Positions 37,418 to 51,295 of a stretch of DNA of 64,000 nt are shown here, piece after piece. The DNA is from Octopus sinensis. Taxonomy: Eukaryota. How positions within the stretch are numbered: the stretch's first letter is position 1; every line of letters starts with the position of its first letter. The notes beneath the pieces were generated by a model. That model was not told the origin of the DNA. It did not search any database and saw only the letters and a program-made list of their open reading frames with translations. Made by a program: the position numbers and the translations under genes. Location of the stretch: assembly GCF_006345805.1 (NCBI RefSeq), contig NC_042998.1:140430001-140494000 (forward strand). Reading direction: 5' to 3'.

Positions 37418-38889
37418 TAAAATTGTTTATTGTAAATATAAAAGTTGTACTACATTTGATGGTAAATAAAATGTACTTTTTTCCCCCAAGATGTCTCAAA
37501 AGGTCACCCCGGTCCTATACACAAAAATGGACCTATATTATATGATTTAAAGCACTAAAACTATTTTTCTGAATATGCACAACCGAAAAAGCTTTGGACA
37601 TGTTTTCAAATGTTTTCTTTGCAATCTTTATTCGTCATCTAATTTCAGTTTCACATTTACCATTTCCAAATTGCATGAAGCCAATTAATACTGTCGAAAG
37701 AATAATTTGTTCAAGGGATAACATAAAAATCGTTTGATTTTTGTTATTGTTTTTTTTAAACTTCTGCCTCTTGCTTTTCCTTTTTGTTCTTCTCTTCTGT
37801 AACTTTCAGTTGCACTCTAAAGACTTTCGCAGTTGTTGATACAACAAGAATTATCTCTAATAAAAATATGATTGCACTCCTTCATACTTACAGGAAAAAT
37901 ACCTCTCAGTTCAGTACAGTTTTCTGATGTTTATATCAATTGATCCGTCAATGAATAACGAGTATTTTAACATTCATAAGGCGTCAGCTAACTCCTCACA
38001 TAACGTCAGTACAGTTCATTAGACTGGTGCATTTTGTTCGACGTAAATCAACCTTTTCAAGTACACCCCCTACTTTACTGAAGACTGTTATTAGATAAAT
38101 TTGGTAATCTACCCATCGAATACTAAACTAACATGTCTGTACGCTATAATTATTTACAAAATTATATTTCACTCCTGTATTTTATGTATTAATATGTTTG
38201 AGATTAGATTTGAGTTTGCACAACTGTTAGCATTCGTACTATGTCTTACAGATTTTCATGATCAGATAAAATAACTAAAACACATTTGTTGGTATATAGT
38301 TACGCCACTTGGATATTGCGCTGTTTACTATTATTATTTCGCATAAGCCACGGGAGACTTTATTACATAATGCAATGAAAGGTGCTGTCAGTGGTTTGAG
38401 AAAGAGAGCCGTCAAATATTCATGGACACATCCTTAGTTCTCTGTCTCTCAATGTATCGATTGACACTTTTCCCTTGACCACAATTCACAAAGCCACAGG
38501 TTCCTTTGTAAGATAAGGCAATGGAAGAGGTTGTTAGGGTGGAATTAAGGAGGCGAGCAGCCAGATATTCAAGAACCCTGACCACATTTTACTGAGACGA
38601 ACAATGTATAATATGTGTGTGAAGAAACCCTATTGAGTATAAGTCTGCAGGATCAAAAAGGCTTGAGGCTAAAACAAAAATAATAATCGACATGGTGTTG
38701 GATTTTTTAAAACCCAAAAAATGCTATATCGCACAACGCCTTCCTGAAAAGAAGAAACTTAGATATGTAGTAGTAGTAGTAGTAGTAGTAAGTAGTAGTA
38801 GTAGTAGTAGTAGTAGTAAGGTTACTTCCCGAGTCATAGACTCATCGAGCCAGTTTCCCGGTTTCCACGACGCATAAATTCCTCTCCTG

Positions 38890-39020
38890 GACGGGACGCC
38901 CGTCCATCGCAGGTTTACTCATTTTTGCCGGCTGAGTTGACTGGAGCAACAACGCGTTGCCTGGTCCAGGAATCGAAACCACTATCATACGACCACAAGT
39001 CCAACACCCGTAGCCATTAA
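38890..39020 (-). mobile_element. tRNA-SINE head fragment (family C-like)
   Basis: ccaggaatcgaaaccac..ccaacacccgtagccattaag is a reverse-complemented B/A box region. Confidence 0.45.
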
Positions 39021-39678
39021 GATGACTATCACTTTTACTTAAGGAACATTAACAGATAACGATGTTTCAGGGGTTTTTTGTTATCCTAAGTTGGATATTA
39101 GGGTTAGCCAAGAGGTCTGTTGGTAACGTAAGCACTGAGTGCTTTGTTAAAAAGTATACGATCATCCTTTTACTTGAGTATTAAATGAATGAAATTATTC
39201 GTTGCTGGAACTAAATCTATTGCATCGATGTTACAACAGCGACGACACTACCTTCGTCTTAACATGTTGCTGCGATGTGGTATAATTTCAGGTTCCAAAT
39301 AACTTATATTATCGTTGTTGTTGCTATTGTTGTTGTTGTTGTTGTTGTTGTTTAATTCCTGTTCAACCTTAATTGATTAAAGATATTTCTGCTCAGTACT
39401 ACCTCTCAAATTTATGCCTGCCATGACCATCTCAACATGTCTAGGAACGTAGCTGAGCTCGGAGTGGGGGAATGAGAGTGTGATCCGCCTCCAGCGACGC
39501 TTTTAAGGGGATGGCACTTTTGGGTCTACTGTATAAGTCTGTATAGGGGAGGATTGTAGAGGGACAAACTCAAGGGCTGCCTTCGGCGGCACACTTTAGA
39601 TGTGTCACCGAACAAGAACTTGGATATCTAAACTGTCCTTATTATAAGCGGTGAATGCCGTTTAAACAAATTTGACTA

Positions 39679-40170
39679 CCGTAAATCCTCGTGTATAAAC
39701 CGCATTTTTCCAAAAATTTCAAGGTCACAATCCTTTAAAAATATTTTCTAAGCAATGTCCGAGTCTCTGTTTGCTGTCCGGCAATGTTTATTCAGACGCA
39801 TTTTGTGATGTCGGGCGCGAAAATACCTTAAGCTAAGCCTGAAAGCAATGAAGTCATAAAAGAATCATCCATAACTTGCAGTAAGCAACATTTATTAAAA
39901 TAAAAGTATTCAAAACACAGAATAACATGTAACAAAAACAATTTGCAAATCTACTTACATTCCCATATAACAGTTAAGAACATTACCATTATTGTATTAG
40001 GCATGCGTAGAAGTGTTTGTTCGACTAGGTGCTGCTGGCTTAATTACGCACGACTCAAGTTAGAGAAGGGGTGCGTATTATACACAAGGTTTAGGTTTTT
40101 CAGAAGTACAGCTCCCTAAAAATCCCCTGCGTATTATACTCAAGGGCGGACTATACACGAGGATTTACGG
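39679..40170 (+). mobile_element. TA-flanked MITE (pogo/Tc2-like), copy 1
   Basis: TIR ccgtaaatcctcgtgtata / tatacacgaggatttacgg; TA both sides; homologue at 53745-54269. Confidence 0.85.
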
Positions 40171-40645
40171 TACTGCTTCTTGCATGTCGAGCAAATGTAC
40201 TGTGAGGTTTTATTATAAGGCTTGTTCAACACATTGAAATATTTGAAGAATTTCACACACAATTCATACAGATCCCTCTTGTTTTTAGAGTAGAATCATG
40301 TGGTTCTGCGATCCTTTGAGCGCTAGGCTTCTGCAAAAGCTATGAGAAGTGGACAGTACTTTTGACACGATACTGTGATTCTCCGACTCTCCTCAGCTTT
40401 CAGCGTCAATGTTTGGTGGTCGTCCTTCGAAAATCTTTCTGATGTAAATTACTACGTGTATATTCTTTCTCCCTTTTCTTCTCACCAGAATATAAACTTT
40501 AAACTTTCGACCTCTCCCAGGAGATGATCAGTTTGAGCGGAGAAGCAATTTTCTTTGTATAAGACTTCGTTCTGTTGCACGCACGCACGCAACAGAAATA
40601 CATACAGATATATACGTACACATATATTCATACATATATAAGCAT

Positions 40646-40679
<34 letters not shown>

Positions 40680-40804
40680 GCACATACATGTGCATAAACA
40701 TACGTTAGATATAGATATACATTCATAACACCCACACACATGTAGACACATGCAGACGTATATATGTATGCATGTGTGTGTGTGTGTTTGTGTGTGTATC
40801 TATG

Positions 40805-40839
<35 letters not shown>

Positions 40840-41033
40840 GTGCGTACGCATTCATACATACATAATCTATCTATCTGTCTATCTATGTATCTATCTATCT
40901 ATATATATATGTGTGTATCTGTGTGTGTGTGTGTGTATGTGTGTATGTGTGTATGTATTTATATATATGTATATATATATAAACATCTATATATATATCT
41001 ATCTAACTATATATAGATATATGTGTGTGTGTG

Positions 41034-41076
<43 letters not shown>

Positions 41077-41184
41077 ATATATATATATGTATTTATATAT
41101 TCTACATGACGCAACTTAGCACACGTATGAACACCTACATGCTTAAATGGATCATATATATATAAAGTGAGAGAGAGAGAGGAG

Positions 41185-41238
<54 letters not shown>

Positions 41239-41789
41239 AAGGAAACTATTTACACATGCGGGCTCGTGTATTGATCTTTACCTACTTTTGTTTTGTCGAC
41301 TACCTGGCTTCATTTCTTTCTTTCATCAAAGACCTGCAGCGGGCCGCTCGCTTTTAAAGTAAATCTATAACAAGCTCACACAGACAAGCCGTGTTTTTGT
41401 TGTTGCCGTTGTTGATATTGTTTATTTCTTTTTTGTATCTTCTTGCTTTCTCTACACATACATACATAAATACATACATAAAGATTATACGCTCACGCTC
41501 TCATACATACACATATCTTACATATGTATATATATATATATATATATGCTCGCTCTGACGCAGAGCACACAGAGAGAGTTTTGTGAAAATGTCTTACACG
41601 TAATGTCCCTCTAATCTCTAACGAAGCTATTAGAGCCGCGAAAGAGCGTGAAGTGATTCTCTTTCATTTAACGTGCGAAACGTATACTTCAAAACTGTAG
41701 ATGAAAGAGCAAGCCGCCAGATATACATCACCTGTGATAATTATCAATTAGTCTTCTTCTTTATATCGTGCCGAAAACAGCAGCAATGC

Positions 41790-41836
41790 AAAGCTACAAC
41801 AATAACAACAACAACAACGACGACGACGACAACACA

Positions 41837-41913
<77 letters not shown>

Positions 41914-42320
41914 TTGCTGCTACTGTTGCTGTTACTGTTGCTGTTACTGACTACAGTAATATTAGCCTCACCTCAATCCCACCCTACCACCACCACAGCC
42001 TCCGCTGTCGCCACCACCGCCTCCGCTGTCGCCACCACCGCCGCCTCGACGATTACTTTCACTGTTAGCATCACCACCACAACCACTACTACTACTACTA
42101 CCACAGCCGACAATGTTACCGCCGCCGCCGCCGTCACCAGCTCGACGATCATCACCGCCAACATCACCACCGCCACCGCAGCCGTCGACACGGCCACCAC
42201 GGCCCCCTCGGCGAACCCCCTTCCAGTAACAACAATAATATTTTTCTTCAAAGTAGTCGGCCATGTTTGTTTTGTTGTTTTCGTAACTCGTCACCACCAC
42301 CACCTTCACCACCATTAGCA
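41790..42320. repeat. Mosaic trinucleotide tract (AAC, TAC, CGC, CAC) with short tandem ccgcctccgctgtcgccacca units
   Basis: Direct reading. Confidence 0.9.
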
Positions 42321-42629
42321 ACACCGGCAGCAATATCAGCAGCAGTGCTATAACGACATACTATATACTGTAACATCATTGTTTCATTGAAAACAAAAAA
42401 AAATGGTGAAACAAAAAAACACGAAAAGAAAAAAAAACTAGATAAATCAAGAGTCACAAGAAAACATTTTGGATATCTATATATACGGATTGACTATCGA
42501 ATGCGTGTATATATCTATATAAATATATGAAATGACAATCGTATGTGTATGTGTACACACACACACACGCATATATATATATATATATATATATACATAT
42601 CTATTAATCAATCAATCAATCAATCAATC

Positions 42630-42696
<67 letters not shown>

Positions 42697-42761
42697 GTGC
42701 GTGCATGCATTTTTTCTGAAATTGTATGTGTATAGAATATCAATTGAATAAAATATCAACT

Positions 42762-42801
<40 letters not shown>

Positions 42802-42832
42802 CATTATACATGTGTGTGTGTGTATTCAACTG

Positions 42833-42888
<56 letters not shown>

Positions 42889-43479
42889 ATGTATGTATGT
42901 ATGTATGTATGTTTGTATGTATGCATGTATGTAATTATTCATGTATACTGAATGGTCATTTCATTATATTTCATTATATAATATTTAGCAGGAGTTAAAA
43001 CACTTTCATTAAAGATGGTAGCTTTTTAGTTTAATTTATTGCTCTCAGAAACAATCAATGTTTATTAGCAGAGCACAAATAGCATGTCAAAACTGTCAGC
43101 AGATAATGTTAGTTGAGTTAAATGATACATTCTCCGTGTCAAGATGGCGGCGATGAGGCGGAAGCGATGATAATTTGATTCTACAAGAGTTCGGGTCCCG
43201 TCTGCAAAACTGTCAACTTATCGATGAGGAATAGTTGAAACTGTCTCTAAGTGACTCTTAGATATGGTCTGTCTGAACTTTTATACAAGATAAGTTTTCA
43301 CTCTGTCAATGTTCAAGTGTTAATTAAATATCTTCGTTATCAATCACTATGTTAGAAAGAAAGTATATGTTTTGGTTGTATCTCGGGAGGGTTTATTATA
43401 CCAATAATAAGTACGTGCACTGGTTCTATTTCACTTCTTTAGTATTTGTTAATTGGTTAACTATTTAACGTATTAATAA

Positions 43480-45730
43480 CACTGATCAATAGCCAATTTT
43501 CATCAGGGATATCATATAGTGTTTTATATGTAGTTTTGTCCGCAGATTTCAAAAATGTAATCGGTTTCCTTCTATCAGGCACAGTTTTTTTTTATGAGAT
43601 AAGAGAGATATATAACTCCATCAGCAGTATCGCTACACGTAAATGTCTTATACATGTAAATTCTGACTTCTGTTTTATAACCATTTGTATTCATTTTGTA
43701 ATTTTATGTTTTCATAATCTTTTCTTTTCATAAATTTTACTTTCTGTTCAAGGTGCCAAGTCATCATTATCATCAAATTCTACTCAGGATGTCGAGGCAT
43801 TGCAAGAACAGTCCTGATATATTTTGTCATGTCTGTGGTTCATTTACCACCAAAGCTCAGCAACGTGCCATCACAAATGAAATCAAGAAGATCTACCAGT
43901 TATACTTTGGCTGCTCTCTCGGGAATTAAGATCAGATTTGGGCCCTGCACATCATCTGCTCAGCTTGTTCAAATGGACTAAGGGATTGGCTAAATAAGAG
44001 GAAGAGAACAATGCCGTTTGCAATACCTATGATATGGAGAGAGCCAAAGGATCATTTCATGGACTGTTATTTCTGCAACGTTAATGTATGTGGGTTTACT
44101 GTAAAGACCAAGCATAAGATTGTGTATCCCAACTTGGAATCAGCAAGAGGACCAGTACCACACAACGATGATGATCTTCCTATTCCAATACCACCAGAAA
44201 ATGGCCTTCAGATGTCAGACGAAAATGTATTTCCTGAAGAAAATATAACTGCTGTGGAAGACACTGAAGTGGATGCAGATTTCACGATTGAAAATGAAGA
44301 CATACCACAAACATTTTTTATCAAGGAGAGTAAAATGATTTAGTTAGAGTCTTGTCATTGTCGACGGATAAAGCTGAACTATTAGCATCTCGCCTACAAG
44401 AAAAGTGTACGCTTAAGAAAGATGTTTGTATTACTTATTTCAGGAAGAGAAATGGGGATCTGACTTCGTGCTACTCTGTTGATGGACCACTTTGTTTCAG
44501 TAATAAGACTGATGAGTTATTTCGCTGTTTGTTCCAAGAGCATGTTCCAGCTGAATGGTACTTATTCATTGATTCATCTAAGAGGAACCTCAAGGCAGTA
44601 CAACTACGCAACGCCAATAAGAAACCATCTATTCCCACAGGACATTCAGTGCACGTGAAGGAGTGTTATGAAAACATGAAAGTACTCCTCAATGCCATAA
44701 AGTATACAAACTACAGCTTGAAAATATATGGAGACTTGAAGTGATTGGAATGTTGATGGGAATGCAATCTGGGTTCACGAAATATTGTTGCTTTTTTATG
44801 CCTATGGGACAGCCGTGCAACTAACAAGCATTATGTGCAATCAGAGTGGCCTTTGCGAAAATCATATGAGCCGGGAGTTTCTAGCGTCCAGAGTAAGCCA
44901 CTTTTAAACCCAGAAAATGTTCTTCTTTCCCCTCTTCACATAAAGCTTGGCCTCATGAAACAATTCGTGAAGACACTTGTCAGGAAAAGCTCAAAAGATT
45001 TTGAATATGTGAAGGCCAAATTCCAAAAATCACCGAGGCAAAACTGAAGGAGGGTGTATTCATAGGTCCGCAGATAACAGAACTCCTGAAGGACAACCAC
45101 TTCCTCACAGTACTGGATGAGATTGAGCTTAAAGCCTGGGAATCCTTCAAATGGCTCTGTGAAAATTTCCTAGGCAACATGAGATCTCTAGAGTTTAGAA
45201 ATGGAGTGAAATGTCTTCTAGACTCCTACGCTGCAATGGGCTGTCAGATGTCACTGAAAATCCATTTCTTTGATTCACATCTGGAATTTTTTGCAGAGAA
45301 CCTTGGAGCAGTGTCTGATGAGCAAGGGGAATGCTTTCATCAAGATATTGCATCGATTGAACAACGATATCAAGGATTTTAGAATGTAGGAATGTTATAC
45401 AGAGATGAACCTGAGACAAAACACCATAGAAAGTCCAAATCCCAAAAGATTTTAAGTTGTTATGCATTTGAGAGTATTATAACTTATTTGTACACAATTT
45501 TAATTTTGTACAATAAAAAGCCATGAAATTATCGTATCTTGTATTCAATATACTTTATATAGACATACTTTACGTATCCTATAAGTTAAAACAGCAGTTA
45601 TCATTAACATTAAACTGCGACCTGATGGAGGAAATCGGACTTCAGATTCGTAATCAGCATCAAAGATTAACTCAGAAAAGTCAATCAGCAACTCTGATGA
45701 TTAAAAAAAGTTTCATTTTGTTGACCAGTG
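43480..45730 (+). mobile_element. Full-length Chapaev3-like (CMC group) DNA transposon
   Basis: Termini cactgatcaa / ttgaccagtg, TAA on both sides (43477-79, 45731-33), 2251 bp, internal transposase. Confidence 0.8.
43789..45455 (+). pseudogene. Chapaev3-like transposase pseudogene
   Basis: MSRHCKNSPDIFCHVCG..WAPHIICSAC..MPFAIPMIWREPKDHFMDCYFC..LFIDSSKR..GDLK..CFLCLWDSRA..PLHIKLGLMKQFVK..SLKIHFFDSHL..VSDEQGECFHQDI; several frameshifts/stops. Confidence 0.85.
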
Positions 45731-46029
45731 TAATCGATTGCTTGATTGGTCATTCACTTAATCAATCAATCAGTGACTTGCCAAAGTCCTTTCATCGCCA
45801 TTCGCGACCTCTTCAGCGACATAGCTTTATTTTGAAAGAAATGAGAATTTATAACGACATGCTGCTTCCAAAAGCATACATTAGTTTGCTTCTCTGCGAT
45901 AAAATACTATTTATATGGGGGAGGGCAGTGATTTTGGCCTTCAGAGACCCTCTAAAACCAGTGAGGGCAATGCCATCAATGTTCTTTTTTAGCCCTTCTA
46001 AATCAACATCTGCAAGAAAGACATGAGTA

Positions 46030-46600
46030 AAAATGGAGTTTCAGAGGGCTGACGTTCAGGGAAAGAGAAATTTGGAGTAGTAATTAGCGGAGGGCATGAG
46101 GGACGAGATTGGATGTAATAAAGATGAAGAAAGGAAGAGAGACAAATACCTGAGCAGATATGACATGTGTAGTATTGAGTGCAGGCATGGGTTGTAAGAA
46201 GCAAAGAAGAGAGATGAGTAAGAACCTAGCCAGCTCTGAGAAGAGACCATTAGTGGAAAAAAGACAACAGAGGACACAGCACGTCCGTAGGCCAGAAGTT
46301 ACAGAGTGTCGACCATTTAGTCAAGTGACCCATTTATGGATGTGGTTTAGGATGTGTGTGCAGCAGTAGCAGCAACAGCAACAGGATCCGCGGTAGCAGT
46401 TTGGCGATACCGTAACAGGTGGAAGAGCAAGACTTTACTGTGGACCTCACCTAAGCTTTGTAGAGTGTCAATCATTTCTTTCGAGATAGAAGGGTCGGAA
46501 GTTTGACTCCCGTTACCGGCACTCTGCAGTGTTAAAGAGTCAGTAAACATAGGTTGCAAGTAAAGGGTCGCTGCAGTAAGGGGTGGGAGCACTGTAAATT
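46030..46600 (-). mobile_element. Possible CR1/L2-like endonuclease fragment
   Basis: Weak APE-like words (LNHIHKW, FIFITSN) on the minus strand. Confidence 0.28.
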
Positions 46601-47022
46601 AATAAATGTTTCTTTAGCCTTCATTAGTATTGATACTACATCGTAATCACCATCACCACTGAAACTACTACTACCACTTCTGTACATAAATATTTTGTGA
46701 GGATAATCTAAAATTGCATAGGATAAGATGAAATTATTCTTCACCACTCAGTGATATTTGAATTACTAATAACAACCCAGGGATAGTTTGAAATCACTAG
46801 TGACGGCTAAAGAAACACTGACAGAAAATAGTACTCAGCGAACATAGTGTTTAAGGGCCATTATATACAGAGGATATAATACTTGGGATAACAGTACTCA
46901 GAGGACATCGTACTTAGGCAGACAGGAATCGGAGAGTACAGTACTTAGATTATCAGAACTCACGAGACGTAGGACTCAGAGGATATATTCAGAGTACAGA
47001 GTACATAATATTTAGAGCAACA

Positions 47023-47208
47023 ATGGCGGCGAGCTGACAGAATCGTTAACACGCAAAGCAAAATGCTTTGTGGCATTTCGTCCGTCTTTACATTCTGAGT
47101 TCAAATTCCGCCGAGGTCGACTTTGTCTTTTATTCTTTCGAGATCGATAAAATAAGTACCAATTGAGCAGTGGTGCTAATGCTGGTCTTGTGCCAAAATT
47201 TGAAACCG
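47023..47208 (+). mobile_element. SINE family B with 15-bp target-site duplication
   Basis: atatttagagcaaca at 47008-22 and 47209-23 flanks ggcggcgagctgacagaatcg..tttgaaacc. Confidence 0.85.
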
Positions 47209-47878
47209 ATATTTAGAGCAACATAGTACTCTAGCAGTCCACTTGAAATAAGTTTCGAATCTGTCAGAGGATCCGGGCTCCATTTCTAACATGGAGTTTT
47301 GTGGGATGGGCGGCGATGGTTAGTATGTGTTACAGTCCATCGTCACCTTGTATTCAAACCTACAAAAGAGCATACGCCACCAGGTGGATATACTATATCC
47401 TACTAAACTATCAGCTGCCTCACAATAAAGTATTTTATTTCACACATTACATATTAATTTATTCGACTGGAAAAAAAGACAAGAAACAAACAACAATAGC
47501 AATAACAATAACAATGGCAGATGAAACAGAAATAAGATGTTTAAAGCGTTTGTTGCGGATGGGTAAAAAGATTTATTTCGTGCCACCCATTATCTCAAAC
47601 AACAACTCGGTAATCTCTAATTGATTTTCTATTACCTTTCATGCCGCGGTCAGCCAAAATCTGGCTTTATATATTTCTACCGTCGATACCACGATTACAA
47701 TAGCTACAACCACCACCGCAGCTACTGCTAATACTACTACTACAGACAGCTGTCACCGCTGCAGTTACTACCAAAACAACTACAATCACCACTACCACCA
47801 CCACCACCACCACTAGTACTATTACTGCTACTACAGTTACTACAACAGCTACTACTGCTGCTGCTGCTACTGCTGTTG

Positions 47879-47923
<45 letters not shown>

Positions 47924-49052
47924 TTACTACAACTACTACTACTACTACTTGGTTTCAAATTCTGTCGGAGTCGACTTTCTATTTTATCCCTTTGTGGCCA
48001 ATAATTTAAAAAACTATAGTCAAGTACTTGAACTGACAGCCTCGATTAACCCCTCCCTTCAAAATTGCTGGCTTTGTAACTAAATCAGAAACCTTTATCA
48101 TTTAGATAAGGTTGTGGCACAACTGGCCGATTCGTAAGCACGTCGGAACGAATAACTTGTATTTGTTCCTTCTCTCTATGCTCTGACTTCAAATCCCGCC
48201 GAATTCAACTTAGTATTTTTCCTCCTTCTGGAGTAGATAAACAAAGTATCAGGAAAAAATCATATCTTCTTCTTCCTCCTCTTCTTCTCTTTGACAAAAT
48301 TCATTGAAACGAGAACATAAAGACAGACGAAGTACCGCTAAGCATTTTGCCCGACGTGCTTAACGATTCTGCCAGCTTGCCGCCTCACTTCCACCCTTAA
48401 TACTGCTGGTCTTGTGTCAAAGTTAGAAAACATTGCATAGTTATACCTCTTTACGCTCTTTACCTTTCACTCTTGCAGATCTTTGGTTTAAGGATTTCTT
48501 CTGCACTCTTCACAGAAGCCCTTAAGTGCAGGTCGCTGGTTTAATGATACCTTCCTCATCCCCTCATAACAGTCTCGAAGGCTGTTAATGCCAGGTCGTT
48601 GGTTCGAGAATATCTTCCTAATCTCCTCATACGAATCTCGGAGGCTCTTAAGGCCAAATCGCTATTTCAAGTTTATCTTCCTCATCTCTTCTTGGAGACC
48701 CTGTAAAGAGTAATGAACATTTCCTGACTAAAAAACTAAAACAAATCCTAGAGACGATATACTCAATTACCTTTACTTCCCACTACATGTTTTCCATGTG
48801 CCTCCTCATTCTCACATGTAAAAAACTTTCGTTCTGTACCTAACACTCCCGCCACGTTTCGTCCTTTAATTCTCCTCACCTCGTTTTTATACAGCACTTC
48901 ACTTTCTCCGCAAATCTTTCGCCTTGTATCACTCTCTTTTACCACATGTTTATCTCACCTCTACCTCTTCCACTCATCACGTTTCTCCTGGTTACCTCTA
49001 CTCCTTACCACATTTGCTTTGTATTTATGATAGACATTAATATTAAAAACAA

Positions 49053-49370
49053 GATGGCGAGCTAGCACAATCGTTAGCACACCAGGCAAAATACTCAGCG
49101 GCATTTCGCCCGTCTTTCCCTTCTGAGTTCAAATTCTGCCGAGGTGAACTTTGCCTTTCATCCTTTCGGGGTCGATAGAATAAGTACCAGTTGAGCACTG
49201 CGGTTGATTAAATGGACTTCCTCTTCCCCCGAAATTGCTGGCCTTGAGCCAAAAGTTGAAACCACGCCTAGCAAAATGCTTAGCGGTATTTTGTCCGCTT
49301 TTAAGTTCTGGGTCAATAAAATAAGTACTAGTTGAACACTGGGATCGATGTTATCGACTTATTTTGAAAT
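49053..49370 (+). mobile_element. SINE family B plus a second partial copy
   Basis: Head atggcgagctagcacaatcgttagcac, core, tail ggccttgagccaaaagttgaaacc. Confidence 0.7.
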
Positions 49371-49394
49371 CAATATTACATTTAAATATCTTCT

Positions 49395-49618
49395 ATCTTT
49401 TACTTGTTCCAGTCTTTAGATTGCGGCAATGCTATGGTTACTGCTTTGAGAAATTTTCTTTTTAATCGAACGAATCAATCTCAGTACTCTTTTTTTAAAA
49501 CCTGGTATTTATTCTATCGGTCTCTTTTGCCGAACTGCTAATTTACGTGGACGTAAACGCACCAACACCAGTTGTAAACCGGTGGAGGGGTGGGTCAAAT
49601 GCAGACACAGATATATGA

Positions 49619-49711
<93 letters not shown>

Positions 49712-49862
49712 TTACGGCGGGATTCTTTCAGTTTCCGTCTACCAAATCCACTCACAAGTCTTTGCTTGACCTGAGGCTGTAGTAGAAGACACTTGGTACC
49801 ACGCAATGGGACTGAACCCAGAACCATATGGTTGGGAAGCAAGTTTCTTACCACACAGCCAA
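49395..49862 (-). mobile_element. SINE family A
   Basis: Reverse-complement head cttaccacacagcc and tail tttacttgttccagtc. Confidence 0.75.
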
Positions 49863-50240
49863 TGTTTTATTTTTCTTTCTCCTGCATAGTTTTTTATGTT
49901 TCTTCTGTTTTGGGAGTGACGGATGTTTTTTTTGTTGTTGTTGTTGTTTTATTTTTTTGGGGGGGGGGGTAGTGAGATCCTTTTCATGATATGCATACTC
50001 GATATGGGGCTCCAATTGTTCATTATTTAATTAGTTCTTTTCAACAGAATGAAGAAAGAACTAAGAGTCTATAAAATCCTTTTAAATAAAACCTTATACA
50101 AGCTTCTCAGATTTCAGCAGTATCACATCACCTGCCGTTTACAGGTACGGTTCAGTGCTTTAAGAATGCTAAGATATTTGCACCTTTTCTTTATATTTTC
50201 TTTTCTTTTGTAATATTTCTTGGCAAACAATCTTAGGCGG

Positions 50241-50710
50241 ATAACACTGTGTAACACAATTTTTATCCTTAGGTAGCAACTGTTATTTCGTATTTGCTTC
50301 TCTCTAGAAAGTATGAAAGATGACTAATATTTCCTTCAAATTTTGCTTTCCTCAAACTTGTCTTGTCTCCAACTGGAAGTAAGCTGGACTGTTGAACTCA
50401 CGATACTGCCACTTACATTGCCAGAACGCTCTAAAAATTCTTGAAACTTTTAGAAACTCCTCGAAAGTTCTTGAAACTATTAGAAACTTCTCAAAATTTC
50501 TTGAAACTTTTAGAAAGTTCTAGAAAATTCTACTTCACCAACTCATAGCTGAATCTGTCAGGTTGAAAACATTGATGTCCAGGTCACAAGAGCAAAGTTT
50601 GAAGGGAATAGTAGTCATTTCCTTTGATCTCTTGAGAGAAGCAAATAGAAAATAGCACTTACTGGCCAAAGACAACAGAAGAAAATAATGAAATTTGCTA
50701 CACAGTATAA
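50241..50710 (+). mobile_element. MITE-like family X copy 3 with a different interior
   Basis: Same TIR arms as 372-858; interior holds ~30-bp tandem aaattcttgaaacttttagaaac units (about 50435-50530). Confidence 0.6.
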
Positions 50711-50889
50711 TTCTTTCTAACGTTAGCACAACGCCACATGTTTGTAAAAGTATAACAGAATATTCTAGAACTGGTGATTCTAAGTGCATAACTGGTATTA
50801 AACTTATCGACCCTCTCCCACTGACGAGGGGTGGAGAAGTTGATCTTGGGCAAATTTATCATTTTTTTCTGCCTTCATTGTATGTTTTA

Positions 50890-51097
50890 TTTGATTCACT
50901 CATTGAGCTATGGCTATGCTGGGGCAGCTCCTCGAAGGGTTTTAATCGAACAAATCGATTCCAGCACTTGTTTTTCTTTTTGTAAGTGGAGTACTTATTC
51001 TATCGGTCCCTTTTGCCGAATTCACGGAAATGTGAACAAACCAGCATCGGTTGTCAAGTGGTGGTGGGGGACAAACACACACAAGAACACACACACA

Positions 51098-51139
<42 letters not shown>

Positions 51140-51295
51140 GACAGACTTCCACACAGTCTCCATCGATCAGATTCATTCACAAGGCCCAAGGGTAAAATAG
51201 TATTCATTGACCCAAGGTTCCACACAGTGGGACAGACCCCCAAAATCACAATATTGCAAAGCGAAATTCTTAACGACACAGCCATGACTGCACCT
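50890..51295 (-). mobile_element. SINE family A
   Basis: cagcatcggttgtcaag, ggggacaaacacac, acacagccatgactgcacc. Confidence 0.65.

Noticed and set aside
41618-41644. ctaacgaagctattagagccgcgaaa as a hammerhead relic
   Set aside because: G5 mutated, stem II register broken, no stems I or III
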